A stretch of 64,000 nucleotides of DNA from Squalus acanthias (taxonomy: Eukaryota), in assembly GCA_030390025.1 (NCBI GenBank), contig CM059450.1:16740001-16804000 (forward strand), written 5' to 3'. This document shows positions 49,070-61,429 of the stretch, piece after piece. Every line of letters begins with the position of its first letter. The first letter of the stretch is position 1. The notes under the pieces are model-generated. The model searched no databases, was not told where the DNA came from, and saw nothing but the letters and a program-made list of their open reading frames with translations. A program made the translations under genes and the position numbers.

Positions 49070-49300
49070 GTTTGGCTCAGCGCGGATATTGACTGGGAGT
49101 CTCTCCATCCACCCCGAGCATCTCTGTCTCAGGAACCTGCAGCCCCTCGGAGCGCAGACTGGGCGAGCCGCTCTCTGCATCGGATGCCAACCAGTAAAAT
49201 AGGTCGCTCAGACATGAATTTTCTCCTTCCTGTCGACGTCATCGTTTCGGAAAGTTCCAATCTCGACGAGTTAGACGGAACGGAAAATGCTAAATAAAAG
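49070..49300 (-). promoter_or_regulatory. Putative receptor promoter and 5' UTR
   Basis: Unique CpG-rich stretch upstream of the ATG; CRE-like TGACGTCG (49234-49241) next to an Ets-like CAGGAAG. Confidence 0.35.
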
Positions 49301-49519
49301 TGACTTTTAACGACTTTCACACAGATATAGCGCAACATTCAAAGCGGTGCTAGCGACTGGTAGCGGCGGTAGAGACCAAAGGGGCCGGTGGGGAACTGGA
49401 TATACTGAACATCTGAAACAAGGACAATGTTGGAAATGCAAAGCACCTCCAATCTGCATCTGAAAAGAGAAAAGGGCAGATAGAGACCCCCCGGTCAGGC
49501 TGCTGTGTGCAAGGGTCTA

Positions 49520-50085
49520 CACCTCGGCTAGACCACACTGGGAGAACTGTGCTCAGTTCTGGTCTCCCTATTACAAAAATGATAGAGAGGCACTGGAGAA
49601 GGTGAAAAAATTATGTACAAGGATGATACCAGAACTAAGAGGTTATAACTATCAGGAAAGATTGAACAGGCTGGGTCTCTTTACTCTAGAAAAGAGAAGA
49701 CTGAGGGGTGACCTGATAGAGGTCTTTAAATTATGAAGGGGTTTCAGGGGGTAGATGTAGAGAAGATGTTGCCACTTGTGGGGGAGACCAAAACTAGGGG
49801 CCATAAATATAAGATAGTCACTAATAAATCCAATAGGGAATTCAGGAGAAACTTCTTTACCCAGAGAGTGGTGAGAATGTGGAACTCGCTACCACAGGGA
49901 GTAGTTGAGGTGAACAGCATAGATGTGTTTAAGGGGAAGCTAGATAAACACATGAGGGAGAAAGGAATAGGAGGATATGCTGGTAGGGTGAGATGAAGAG
50001 GGGGTGGGAGGAGGCTAGTGTGGAGCATAAACACCAACATGGACCAGTTGGGCCGAATGGCCTGTTACTGTGCTGTAAATTCTAT
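49520..50085 (+). mobile_element. CR1 3' fragment
   Basis: RRNFFTQRVVRMWNSLPQ. Confidence 0.85.
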
Positions 50086-50529
50086 GCAATACCTCAAACA
50101 TTAACCAGCCTGTCCTCTTTATAGGAGCTGATGGATGTGCTATGCATTGTCTTTTTAACAGACCAACGATTACTGTCTCTTAATAAGTACAGTAGTTGAA
50201 AATGAATATCCAATGCAAGCTTACAAATGCCTCGGATCGAGCAGGATCTGGGGGTTGATAAGAAACTGAGAACGATGAGCCCAATGGATATTTGGCTCAA
50301 TCAATAATTCCGATCAGCAGCATATTTTTTTGCGATGAGCCACTTGATTGATTAGTCAGTCAGTGGAGAAAACAACCGCTCCAGGATGGCATTGGCCATC
50401 GCCCACAGCACAAGTTAAAATCGCACCTCTCCTACAGAATGGCCAGGTCACACCTCACACAGAGTGGGACAAGTGGTGCTTACATGTACTGTACAAGAAG
50501 GGCTGGCTTAAGAGAAATTCCATCCATTT

Positions 50530-50830
50530 GATTGACGTGGGTGGGCAGCAGTCAAACAGATGCCCTCGGCCATGCCCTCGCAGAGGGACTGCCACAATGG
50601 GCAAGAAGGTGGCCAAGAGGTCCAAGGTCAAGATCTTTGTGAGAGATTACAGTTACAGCCACCTGACACCAACCAGGCAACTCGGTTGGACTTTCCCTGG
50701 ATCAGACCATCGTCAACAAGGATTTTTTTTAGGGATTCCTTTGAAACGCAAAGTCAGGCAGGAAGCCAAAGCTAAGGTTTGAGGAAAGGTACAAGGCGGG
50801 AAAAGAACAAATGGTTCTTCCAGAAGATTC
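50530..50830 (+). pseudogene. RPL27: Processed pseudogene of 60S ribosomal protein L27 (eL27)
   Basis: TATMGKK-VAKRSKVKIFVRDYSYSHLTPTR, DQTIVNKDFFRD, LKRKVRQEAK, FEERYKAGK and NKWFFQK in shifting frames; no introns; AATAAA near 50850. Confidence 0.9.
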
Positions 50831-51329
50831 CAAGTTGTGTATTAGTATTAATAAATATTAATCTAAAACAATTTCTGTAGTGCATTCGTAGAGTTTTCCC
50901 CCTTTATTTTTGGTTTAATACAGTATTTCTTACCTCTTACAGAACAAAAAATTCATCATTCTCCCAAACCCACGACCTCTACCACCTAGAAGGACAAGGG
51001 CAGCCGATGCATGGGAACACCACCACCTCCAAGTTCCCCTCCAGGTCACACACCATCCTGACTTGGAAATATATCGGCCGTTCCTTCATTGTCGCTGGGT
51101 CAAAATCCTGGAACTCCCTCCCTAACAGCACTGTGGGAGCACCTTCACCACACAGACTACAGCGGTTCAAGAAGGCGGCTCACCGCCAGCTTCTCAAGGG
51201 CAACTAGGGATGGGCAATAAATGCTGGCCTTGCCAGCAACGCCCACATCCCAGGAACAAAAAAAAATCTTACACCACCAACAAAGAGAGGATCGATCAAA
51301 GGGAGGAGATAATATTTAATAACAACAGA

Positions 51330-51930
51330 AAACGCTGGAAAAACTCAGCAGGCCAGGCAGCATCCGTGGAGAGAGAAAGAGAGTTAACGTTTCAGGTCGA
51401 TGACCTTTCATCAGAACTGGGAAGAGCCGGAAATCAAATAGATTTAAGGCCAGGGTAAAGCTGGGAAAAGGGGGAGGGGATAAAGGAACAAAGGGGGAGA
51501 TGAAGAGACATTAAGAGACATTAAGAGATATGCAAGGCTAGAGGTGGTGTTAATGTGACAGATTAAGGCTGAATGAAGTGTGAAATCCACTGGCAGAATG
51601 AAGGACAGCTGCCAGCTTCTAGGAGGAAAAAAAAGGTGGGGGGGGGACAAATAAAAGGGTGGATAAAATAAAATATAAATGTGATTGGAGCTGAGGTTAT
51701 GATCTAAAATTGTTGAACTCGATATTGAGTCCAGAGGGCTGTAGCGTGCCTAAACGAAAGATGAGGTGCTGTTCCTCGAGCTTACGCTGAGCTTCCGTGG
51801 AACAGTGTAATAGGCCGAGGACGGTGAGGTCAGAGTGGGAGTGAAGCGGTGAATTAAAGTGACAGGCCACCGGGAGCTCGGGGTCCCCCTTACGGACTGA
51901 ACGGAGGTGTTCCGCAAAGCGGTCACCCAA
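51330..51930 (-). mobile_element. Penelope-like 3' fragment (GIY-YIG C-terminus and terminal repeat)
   Basis: GDRFAEHLRSV..PVACHFN..EQHLIFRLGTLQPSGLNIEF. Confidence 0.9.
51382..51418 (-). ncRNA. Minimal type I hammerhead ribozyme (family A)
   Basis: AGTT-CTGATGA-A-AGGTC ATC GACCT-GAAA-CG-TT-AACT. Confidence 0.75.
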
Positions 51931-53129
51931 TATTTAATATTTGCTCTACACTCCTTAATAGAGATTGCACAGATTCCATGCATTCATTCGATTAGGACTT
52001 AAATGTGGTGTAATGAAATGAAGCTCGTTATCTTTGCATGGTCCCCCACCACTCTTTATAGAGCTCTAGTCTCACTCCGATCAGTTTCTACACCAGTTAA
52101 GGAAAGAGGACATGTTGACGGAGGGAAAGGGAATCATTTGGGAGGAAATGCAATCAAGATTTGGATTCACTCCAGTGTCTTTTGATTTAATGAGAGTTCT
52201 CTGAATATTGCACACACCCAGCCCCAGAATAGAACTAAACAAGTTGTTCAGAGTCAATGGTAACACGGCTCCTAAATCCCTCTCCTCGTCACAATTAATT
52301 ATTTACAAATCCCGTTTGCTTTTTCGGGTTATAGTAATTATTGTTAGTCGTGATCAAACGAAATATTGATCACCAAATAGATTGTTTAATAAATTCCCCC
52401 CCAAGGCTCCTTTATATAAGCCGATGGGGTGTTATTGTATTAACAGTTATCACACATTAACAGTTAAACCCATTTACAACTCGAAATGATTCCTCCACTA
52501 ATTAAACTCAAGACAAAGTTGGACAGGGAGCCGTTTAACTTTATGTTTTCTAGTCTCTCACACATGTGGCCCACACATTAACGCATGGTTTCACCGATAA
52601 AGACTGGCCTACTGCAGATTTCCAACTTTTTCTGTTTTATATACAATTTATGGATTAGCTCCGAATGACACAATTAATTGAAGGTTTTGCCTTTTTTTCG
52701 ATCAAGAAATGGGTTGAAATCTCAGTGCAACTCACTTTTTAACCCGCTCATACCAATCGGTTCGCATCCTTGTTGTCAGCAGAGACAAAAGGGATTTCAT
52801 ACTTTAAGCGTTTGCACGCGAATTTTGCACAGTCATTTCCAAGCTATGTGATTAAATGAGGTCAAGTTGAGCTTTAAAAGTCTGTAGCTTGTAGGAGAGC
52901 AAAGAACATAAAAAATAGGAGTAGGCCATTTGGCCCTTCGAGCCTGCTCCGCCATTCAATAAGATCATGGTTGATCTTCTACCTCATCTCCACTTTCTTG
53001 AACTATCCCCATATCTCTTGATTCCCTTAATAAAATAAAGACTGAAGGAAGTCAACGGTTTTAAGGAGCCTGGGAAACACGCTTATCTCTCTAGCTTTCT
53101 GCTGGAGTAGAGTAGGATCCAACTGCATT

Positions 53130-53630
53130 AGAGAGGGTGCAGAGGAGGTTTACCAGGATGTTACCAGGGAGGAGGGACTTCAGTTATGAGGAGAGGTTGG
53201 AAAATTTAGGACTGTTCTCCTTGGAACAGAGAAGGTTAAGAGGTGATCTAATAGAGGTTTTCGAGATGATGAGAGGTTTTGATAGAGTAGATAGGGGGAA
53301 AAAAACGATTCCCTCTGGCGAGTGGGTCAATAACCAGAGGTATTGATTCAAAATCATTGGGAAAAGATCTAGAGGGGAGTTGAGGAGAAATGTTTTCACT
53401 GAGAGTTGTCGGGAGCTGGAACGCTCGACCTGAAAAACTGGTGGAAGCTGATTCCATAAATAATTTTTAAAAAGGGAGTTGGACAGGTTCTTGAGGATGA
53501 GGAACTTACAGGGTTACGGACAAAAAGTGGGGAATGTGGGACTGAGCACGACGGCTCTTTCTAAGAGCCAGCACAGGCACGACGGGCCAAATGGCCTCCT
53601 TCTGTGCTGTGAGTTTCTATGAATCTATGA
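53130..53630 (+). mobile_element. CR1 3' fragment
   Basis: QRRFTRMLPG..LGLFSLEQRRLRGDLIEV. Confidence 0.85.
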
Positions 53631-55554
53631 AGTGGCTGTTGAATTTTCTCTCACGTTGAATTCACCAACAATACAAGTTCCACGATAACCCGGGGCACTG
53701 GCTCTGTCCACTTGTACATCTGACAAGGGTTGGGCGAGGTGACGCTTGGTGATTGCCTGAATATCTACAAAAATCAAAGACAAACGGGTTGATTAAGCAC
53801 GCTTAATTTGTGGTGGGCATTGTAGTGTTTCCATATCTTTCTTTGATCGGTGGGTCAAACTCTAGTTGCCTTCGTACGGTTAGATGCGCTTATCTGGTAA
53901 CTTATCTCCAGAACTGGAGCAAAAGATTCGAGAGGATGCAAAAGCACAATTGAACAGATCCGGTATTGTTAATCTGGTCTGTCTGCAGTAACCCACTGAC
54001 ATTTGAGATGAAAAAGGTTTGGCTAACACACTCTGCAGTGTCGGCACAGATACTTCCTACAGCGCCGCACAACACCAAGAAACACAATCTAGAAACAACT
54101 GCGAACCAGGCTGGCATTGAAGTAGGAGGAAGGGATTACAGAGTGAATGCGCGGTCCATTCTCCATCTAGGACCACCTGAAGAGGACCTTCCCTCCCCCT
54201 TGCTGCTCCTGCTTCTCCCGTTCAATGCCTCCTATGCACATCCGTCGACTCCTGAATCTCGGCACGGTTTCTCGGAGTCTTTTAACAATACCTTCAGGCT
54301 GATGTGTAAGTATTTCATCTATTTCTATTATGGTAATGATCATACTTGTATCAGCAACATTTAAAAAAATACTCTAAGGGACCTTTACTAGCCCATTGGC
54401 TCTCAGTTAATTGGGCATAATGGAATAGCCCAGGGGTTCCTCAGAAATGGCACCAAGATATGGCGGGTGGATGGAATATTCATTCACCCTCCCTCACCAC
54501 AGTTTACAACATTGATCACATGGGGAGGAATCCTGGCAGAACTGGATTTTGCCCTAAAGGCACCTCATTGGGAAATCTGCCCAGCTCCTGTCCTGGTGCA
54601 CCAATGAAATCTCAGTCTCTTTGTTTACAAAAAGAAAATGATAATAACATGAAAAGCTCCCTAGGGGGGGGAAAAAATCCAGACTCTGGTTGCTCAACTT
54701 TACTTCTGGCAAGAGAACTGAACTCCATGGCTGAACTGGAATTTGTGTTATCTACATTGAGATTGCATCGGGGTCGTCTACCAAGTCAAGCTTGACTGCT
54801 TCAGTGAACATTTTTATTATTGATCAAATGCTGTGACAAATGCATTCTATCTAATACAGCCTGATTCTGTTGTTGACATTGGGTAGAGTGCTGGTTCAGT
54901 ATCTTGGTGTGTCTTACTGCTTCTATTTATTATTCTACCTGTAAATAAATTCGGCTAAATAGTTTAGCCTGTACGTATCGTTCAGCTGGCATACTTTTTT
55001 TTCTTTTGGAAAGGACAGGAGAAACAAAAGAACGTGCTGGCCATTCTATGACCTGTCCAACCTGCAATATACCACAATTAGAGTTTAATTATGATAACCC
55101 ACACACATCTAACAACACATTTCCGTTCACTGGAGGCTTGGCCTGTTATGGAAACCACCTTTGAACATTGAACACCTGGAAAAACCTCAAACTGCACTTT
55201 TGTCTTTAGAACTATTTAGATAAAACATTCAGCTATGTGCTGTCACAAGAGCTATAGTGCATGGCAGGACAGTCACTGAGCACAGGTTCAATGAAGGTCA
55301 ATGAAGCTAATGTGCAAGGTTGGAGAGGTTATATCAGTTTAGTTCATATGGTGAACTTCAAGCATTTCAACAAAGGCTGGTTTTATAGTTCCTGGTTTTG
55401 TTAGCCAAAACTGTAATTTCTCTCTAAATATAATTTTTTGGGTTCAGGCCTGTCAAATCAGACACAACCACATATACATGTAGATAAAAATCCACTTAAT
55501 CTTTATTTGTGACAGACTTCAAGTGTATAGCAGCAAAGCAGCAACCATGGAAAC

Positions 55555-56092
55555 AAGAAAGTCTTGCATTTATACAGCACCTTTCATGACATTACAAAGC
55601 ACTTTACAGCCAATGAAGTACTTTTTGAAGTGTAGTCACTGTTGTAATGTAGGAAACGCGGCAGCCAATTTGTGCACAGCAAGCTCCCACAGACAGCAAT
55701 GTGATAATGACCAGATAATCTGGTTTGAGTGATGTTGATTGAGGGATAAATATTGGCCAGGACACCGTGTATAACCCCCCCTGCTCTTCTTCGAAATAGT
55801 GCCATGGGATCTTTTAGATCTTTTGAGAGTGCAGACAGGTCCTTGGTTTAACGTCTCATCTGAAAGATGGCACCTCCGACAGTGCAGCACTCCCTCAGTA
55901 CTGCACTGGGAGTGTCAGCTTCGAAATAGTGCCATGGGATCTTTTAGATCTTTTGAGAGTGCAGACAGGTCCTTGGTTTAACGTCTCATCTGAAAGATGG
56001 CACCTCCGACAGTGCAGCACTCCCTCAGTACTGCACTGGGAGTGTCAGCTTCGATTATGTGCTCAAGCCTCTGGAGTGGGACTTGAACCCAC
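55555..56092 (-). mobile_element. DeuSINE with an exact internal 130-bp tandem duplication
   Basis: 55791-55920 is identical to 55921-56050. Confidence 0.85.
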
Positions 56093-58650
56093 TGTAAAAG
56101 ACTGCAAAAGCTTCTGTAGGTATGTAAAAAGGAAAAGATTAGCGAAAGTAAATGTAGGTCCCTTACAGGCTGAGACAGGAGAAATTATAATGGGGAATAA
56201 GGAAGTGGCAGAGAAATTAATCAAATACGTTGGGCTGGATTTTGATACTGGGGCGGGTTGGGGTTGTGTCATCCACTTTTCGTGTTATCCACCCGACTGC
56301 AATTGGATGTGGGAGATTGATGCAATTTTCACCTAATTGGGCAATTGAGTTCCAGCATGTGGGAACCCATGAACCAATCAGTGTTTTCAGTCTGAACGTC
56401 GCCTCTGATGATGTTATCATTGCTGCTGCATTGAAGGTCTTCAAAGACTGCCTGGCCTTTGCTGTGAGAGGACCTGGATGCAAAATGAGCAGCAGCAGTC
56501 CTAAGTCTGCTCCCAGATATTTTTACACCACCACTCCCAGATATGTCTCCTCTCCATCCATATATACATCCATCCACATAGCTATCCCCACAGCCAGCCA
56601 GCCAGCATCAACTATCCATATCCAAATGTGCTCCCGCCAGGTTTCACAATCGTGGTTCAGAACAGGCGTGGTTCACGTAGAACAAGGGTTAAAATCACAA
56701 AGGCCTTTCAAAATGACATTATAGAGCTAATTTAGTGCTTGTTAAAGGCCTTAACAGCCTATCCCGCCTCTTAGAGGCGGGACGGAGTCAGGACCAGCAG
56801 ACACGATTTAATGAAAATTGCGTGGAGGCGGGATGGAGGCGGACTTGTGCCCGCCCGCCAGTTTTCACAATTTTAACCCCCCACACGCCTCCAAACCCAC
56901 CTCCACGGGTCAATGAAAATCCAGCCCTTTGTGTCTGTCTTCACGGAAGAAGACGCAAAAAACTTCCCGGAAATAGTGAGAACCAAGGGTCTAGCGAGAA
57001 TGGGGAGCTGAAAGAAATTAGTATTAGTAAAAAAGTAGTACTGGAGAAATTAATGGGATTGAAAGCCGATAAATCCCCTGGACCTGATGGCCTACATCCT
57101 AGGGTTTTGAAAGTGTTGGCTATAGAGATAGTGGATGCATTGGTTGTCATTTTCCAAAATTCCATAGATTCTAGAACGGTTCCTGCGGATCGGAAGGTAG
57201 CAAATGTAACCCCACTATTTAAGAAAGGAGGGAGAGAGAAAACAGGGAACTACAGACCAGTTAGCCTGACATCAGTAGTAGGGAAAATGCTAGAATCTAT
57301 TATTAAGGACGTGGTAACAGGGCACTTAGAAAATAATAATAGGATAGGGCAGAGTCAATATGGATTTATGAAAGGGAAATCGTGTTTGACAAATCTGTTA
57401 GAATTTTTTGAGGTGGTAACTAGCAGAGTAGATAAGGGGAAACCAGTGGATGTGGTGTATTTGGATTTTCAGAAGGCATTCGATAAGGTGTCACACAAGA
57501 GGTTATTAAACAAAATTAGGGCTCATTTGATTGGGGTAATGTACTAACATGGATTGAGGATTGGTTAATGGACAGAAAACAGAGAGTAGGAATAAACGGG
57601 TCATTTTCGGGTTGGCAGGCTGTAACTAGTGGGGTACGGCAAGGATCAGTGCTTGGGCCTCAGCTATTCGCAATCTGCATCAATGATTTGGATGAGGGGA
57701 CCAAATGTAATATATCCAAGTTTGCTGATGATACAAAGCTGGGTGGGAATGTAAGTTGTGAGGAGGATACAAAGAGGCTTCAAGGGGATATAGACAGGCT
57801 AAGTGAGTGGACAAGAACATGGCAAATGGAATATAATGTGGAGAAATGTGAAGTTAGCCACTTTGGTAGGAAAAATAGAAAAGCAGAGTATTTTTTAAAT
57901 GGTGAGAGATTGGGAAATGTTGGTGTCCAGAGGGACCTGGGTGTCCTTGTACACGAATCACTGAAAGTTAACATGCACATACAGCAAGCAATTAGGAAAG
58001 CAAATGGTATGTTGGCCTTTATTACAAGAGCATTTGAGTATAAGAGTAAAGATGTCTTACTGCAATTATATAGGGCCCTGGTGAGACCACACCTGGAGTA
58101 TTGTGTACAGTTGGGAAACTGTACCTAAGGAAGGATATACTTGCCATAGAGGGAGTGCAACGAAGGTTCACCAGACTGGTTTCTGGGATGGGGGGATTGT
58201 CCTATGAGGAGAGATTGAGTAGACTAGGCCTATATTCTCTAGAGTTTAGAAGAATGAGAGGTGATCTCATTGAAACATACAAAATTCTTACAGGGCTTGA
58301 CAGGGTAGATGCAGGGAGGATGTTTCCCCTGGCTGGGGAGTCTAGAACCAGGGTTCACAGTCTCAGAATAAGCGGTCGGCCATTTAGGACTGAGATGAGG
58401 AGAAATTTCTTCACTCAGTGGGTGGTGAATCTTTGGAATTCTCTACCCCAGAGGGCTGTGGAGGCTCAGTCGTTGAGTATATTTAAGATAGAGATTGATA
58501 GATTTTTAAATATTAAGGGAATCAAGGGATATGGGGATAGTGTAGGAAAGTGGAGATGAGGTAGAAGATCAGCCATGATCTTATTGAATGGCAGCGCAGG
58601 CTCAAGGGGCCGAATGGTCGACTCCTGCTCCTATTTCTTATGTTCTTATG
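56092..58650 (+). mobile_element. CR1 ORF2 RT half, split by a MITE
   Basis: KSFCRYVKRKR..; SPGPDGLHPR; YLDFQKAFDKV; QGSVLGP; FADDTKL; RRMRGDL. Confidence 0.92.
56232..56927. mobile_element. Harbinger-like MITE, copy 2
   Basis: Same TIRs as 32588; flanks gtt/ttt within the CR1 sequence. Confidence 0.9.
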
Positions 58651-59265
58651 TAATTGTGTTCTTCTGACTCAGAGGCGAGAGTGTTACCCACTGAACCGTG
58701 AGTGAATTCCACTATGATGCAACCTTACCAATTAATACACGGTGACTATCTCTGTCCTGTGAGTCACATTATCCAAGGCTTCTTTCTGATGTGGAGGAGT
58801 CCCCAGAGGTCCCAGCCTAGCTGCAGGCGTTTTCCTTTTGTAACCTTTCATATCACTATTATGCGTATTCCACTTTACTTCTCACACTCTTTGATTAAGG
58901 GAAAGTGTTGGCGCCGATTCATTCTTCCCTGCATGACTCACGCTCGAGTCGTTGCAATGGATATCAGCGACTTATCATCCTGCACACTCTGTCATGTAGT
59001 TGATCAGTCGTTCATCACTGGGAGCCTTGCAGCCCCAAAGCCTGTTCTTGGCACCGGCTTTTTCTTGTCCCGAGCATCCCTTGTTTAATTGGGCGGTAGC
59101 GCAAAACAGGACGATAGCGAATTGGCAGCCCGTTTTACTTACACCCTGCCTGATTTTCTTTTCCGTTATCGCCAATTCACGGTCGCTCGTTCTGCACAAG
59201 TTTCAAGAACAAACTCCAGCCCCATGTCTCTGTTTAAAAAAGAAACGCTCATCCTATACTTTAAA

Positions 59266-60054
59266 GTGAGAAGTCGCACAACACCAGGTTATAGTCCAAC
59301 AGTTTTATTTGAAATCACAAGCTTTCGGAGCGCTGCTCCTTCGTCAGGTGAAGTGAAGAGATGCATATAGGCACAGCATATATAGTCAGAGAACACTGCC
59401 AGATGATTACAGTTAATTGGGGAACACTTCAGCAGTCAAGGACATTCAGCCGTCGATTTTCGGGTAAGCGTTCTCCAAGGCGGCCTTCGAGACACACGAC
59501 AACGCAAAATCGTCGAGCAGAAACTGATAGCCAAGTTCCGCACCCATGAGGACGGCCTCAACCGGGATCTTGGGTTCATATCACGCTACATGTAACCCCA
59601 CCTGACGTAGAGTCATCCAGACTCGAGTCGTCGTTGGCTTGTTCTCTCTACACAGATGTGGCCGGACCTGCTGTGATTTCCAGCAAAAAAAGTCTTTTGT
59701 TTTCCATCCAGACCCCAGCATCTGCCACATCTGACCCCTTGTGACCCCACCTCATTGTCTTTGATGTAATGTTTTCCTGACTGACCTGTTTGGACACCAT
59801 CCACACCTTTGATTGCCGTGATTATCTCTCTGCCGAGGTGTGATAAAGGGCAGTTAGAAAGATTAACTATAATCATCTGGCAGTGTTCTCTGACTATATA
59901 TGCTGTGCCTATATGCATCTCTTCACTTCACCTGACGAAGGAGCAGCGCTCCGAAAGCTTGTGATTTCAAATAAAGCTGTTGGACTATAACCTGGTGTTG
60001 TGCGACTTCTCACGTTTGTCCACCCCAGTCCAACACCGGCATCTCCGCATCATG
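59266..60054. mobile_element. Penelope-like element, family B: inverted terminal repeats around a GIY-YIG C-terminal fragment
   Basis: GEHFSSQGHS..RVSVLQGGL..RKIVEQKLIAKFRTHEDGLNRD; TSD tatactttaaa; hammerheads at 59315-59352 (-) and 59927-59964 (+). Confidence 0.85.
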
Positions 60055-60270
60055 TATACTTTAAAGTGTTTGACATTTGCCCCCCAGCTTTTCTTCAAAT
60101 AAATTTGATAAACATCTGAGCAGAAACTGCTGGAAGCTGAGGAAAGATATTCCACCAGCCCAGTTACCTGAGTGGTATTGATACATCCTGAGCAATTGCA
60201 TACACTGTAAATGTCCTGACTGCCCAATCCAAGTTCAGCCAACCGCATCACAGTTCTAGGCAAAAATAAT

Positions 60271-60863
60271 GGCCCGAAATTTCCCATCAGAGACCTCCCG
60301 CGGGCGCAACCAATATAAGAAGGGAATCCCCATTCATACTTATGGGAGTTGCGTATGTACGGAAACCCCATAAGTATGAATGGGGATCACTTAAAAAATA
60401 CACAAACACATGAAATAAAACATTTTTTAAATTACATATTTAAAATTAATTAAAATACCATTTAATTAAATATTTTAAACAAAAATTTAAATTTTTGAAT
60501 TTTTTTTTGATACGTTTTAACGGGGCTGAAAATAAACTTACCTTATTTACCTTCCAGGGTATTTAATGCATAAATGAGTGATAAAATTTTATCTTTCTAT
60601 TTTTTTAAACTCTTATGCTGGTAAAAGCAGGCTTTTACCAGGCGTAAGGATTTCACAGGCATTCAGCGGGCGGAAGTTGGGCAAATAGCACAACTCTCCA
60701 CTCGCAGAGGCCCATCTCCCGGGGAGGCGGAGGATCTGTCAAGAGGATTCTTGACAGATCGCAAGTGCCGGGTTTCAGCGCATGTCTAAACTCGGAACTT
60801 GCGCGGCCCCTACGGGCGCGTACACACCTCGTATGCACCCGATAGGGTCGCAAAATACGGCCC
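60271..60863. mobile_element. Harbinger-like MITE with AT-rich core and subterminal hairpins
   Basis: Ends ggcccgaaattt / aaaatacggccc, flanks aat/att; layout like 11258-11998. Confidence 0.7.
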
Positions 60864-61156
60864 ATTAACTCCAAGGCCCAGTTTTTGGGAGAGGCTAAAC
60901 CCATCAAGTTAAACACTTTAAAGAATGCATTAAAGAACAAAAAAGTCAATTCAGTTAATAAACAACAATCACGTTATTGTGGAATAGGCATTATTCATTT
61001 ATTTATTATTTTACTTAAACCCTTAACTCTGGACATTGGAAAATCCACTTCGAGAGAAAAAAATGACGAAAGGAGAATTTCAAAAATCTTTTTGTACAAT
61101 TTGTGGGAAAAAGGTAATATACCCCCATCTAGTGTCCATGACCTGTAATTACACAT

Positions 61157-61231
61157 GATGCGGAGATGCCGGTGTTGGACTGGGGTGGACAAAAGTGAGA
61201 AGTCGCACAACTGGACTATAACCTGGTGTTG
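61157..61231. mobile_element. Tiny Penelope family B foldback remnant
   Basis: Matches the start of the 30276 element; TSD tgtaattacaca. Confidence 0.7.
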
Positions 61232-61429
61232 TGTAATTACACAGGTGCAGGAGCCAGTCCAGATCGGGCTTTCCATTATAAATTTGAACACAGGAACTTA
61301 TAACGGAAAAAGTTAATATAAAAGTATGATGAAATTGTAAGGCTTTGTAGACAGTAAGTGCATGCAGTCATGGGAATTTTAACAGGACAGAGATAAATTC
61401 TTCTACGTGCAGTGGGTAAGAGAAACACT

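Noticed and set aside
53902-54117. Signal-peptide-like ORF MPAWFAVVSRLCFLVLCGAVG
   Set aside because: No clear donor or downstream Ig exon; likely chance
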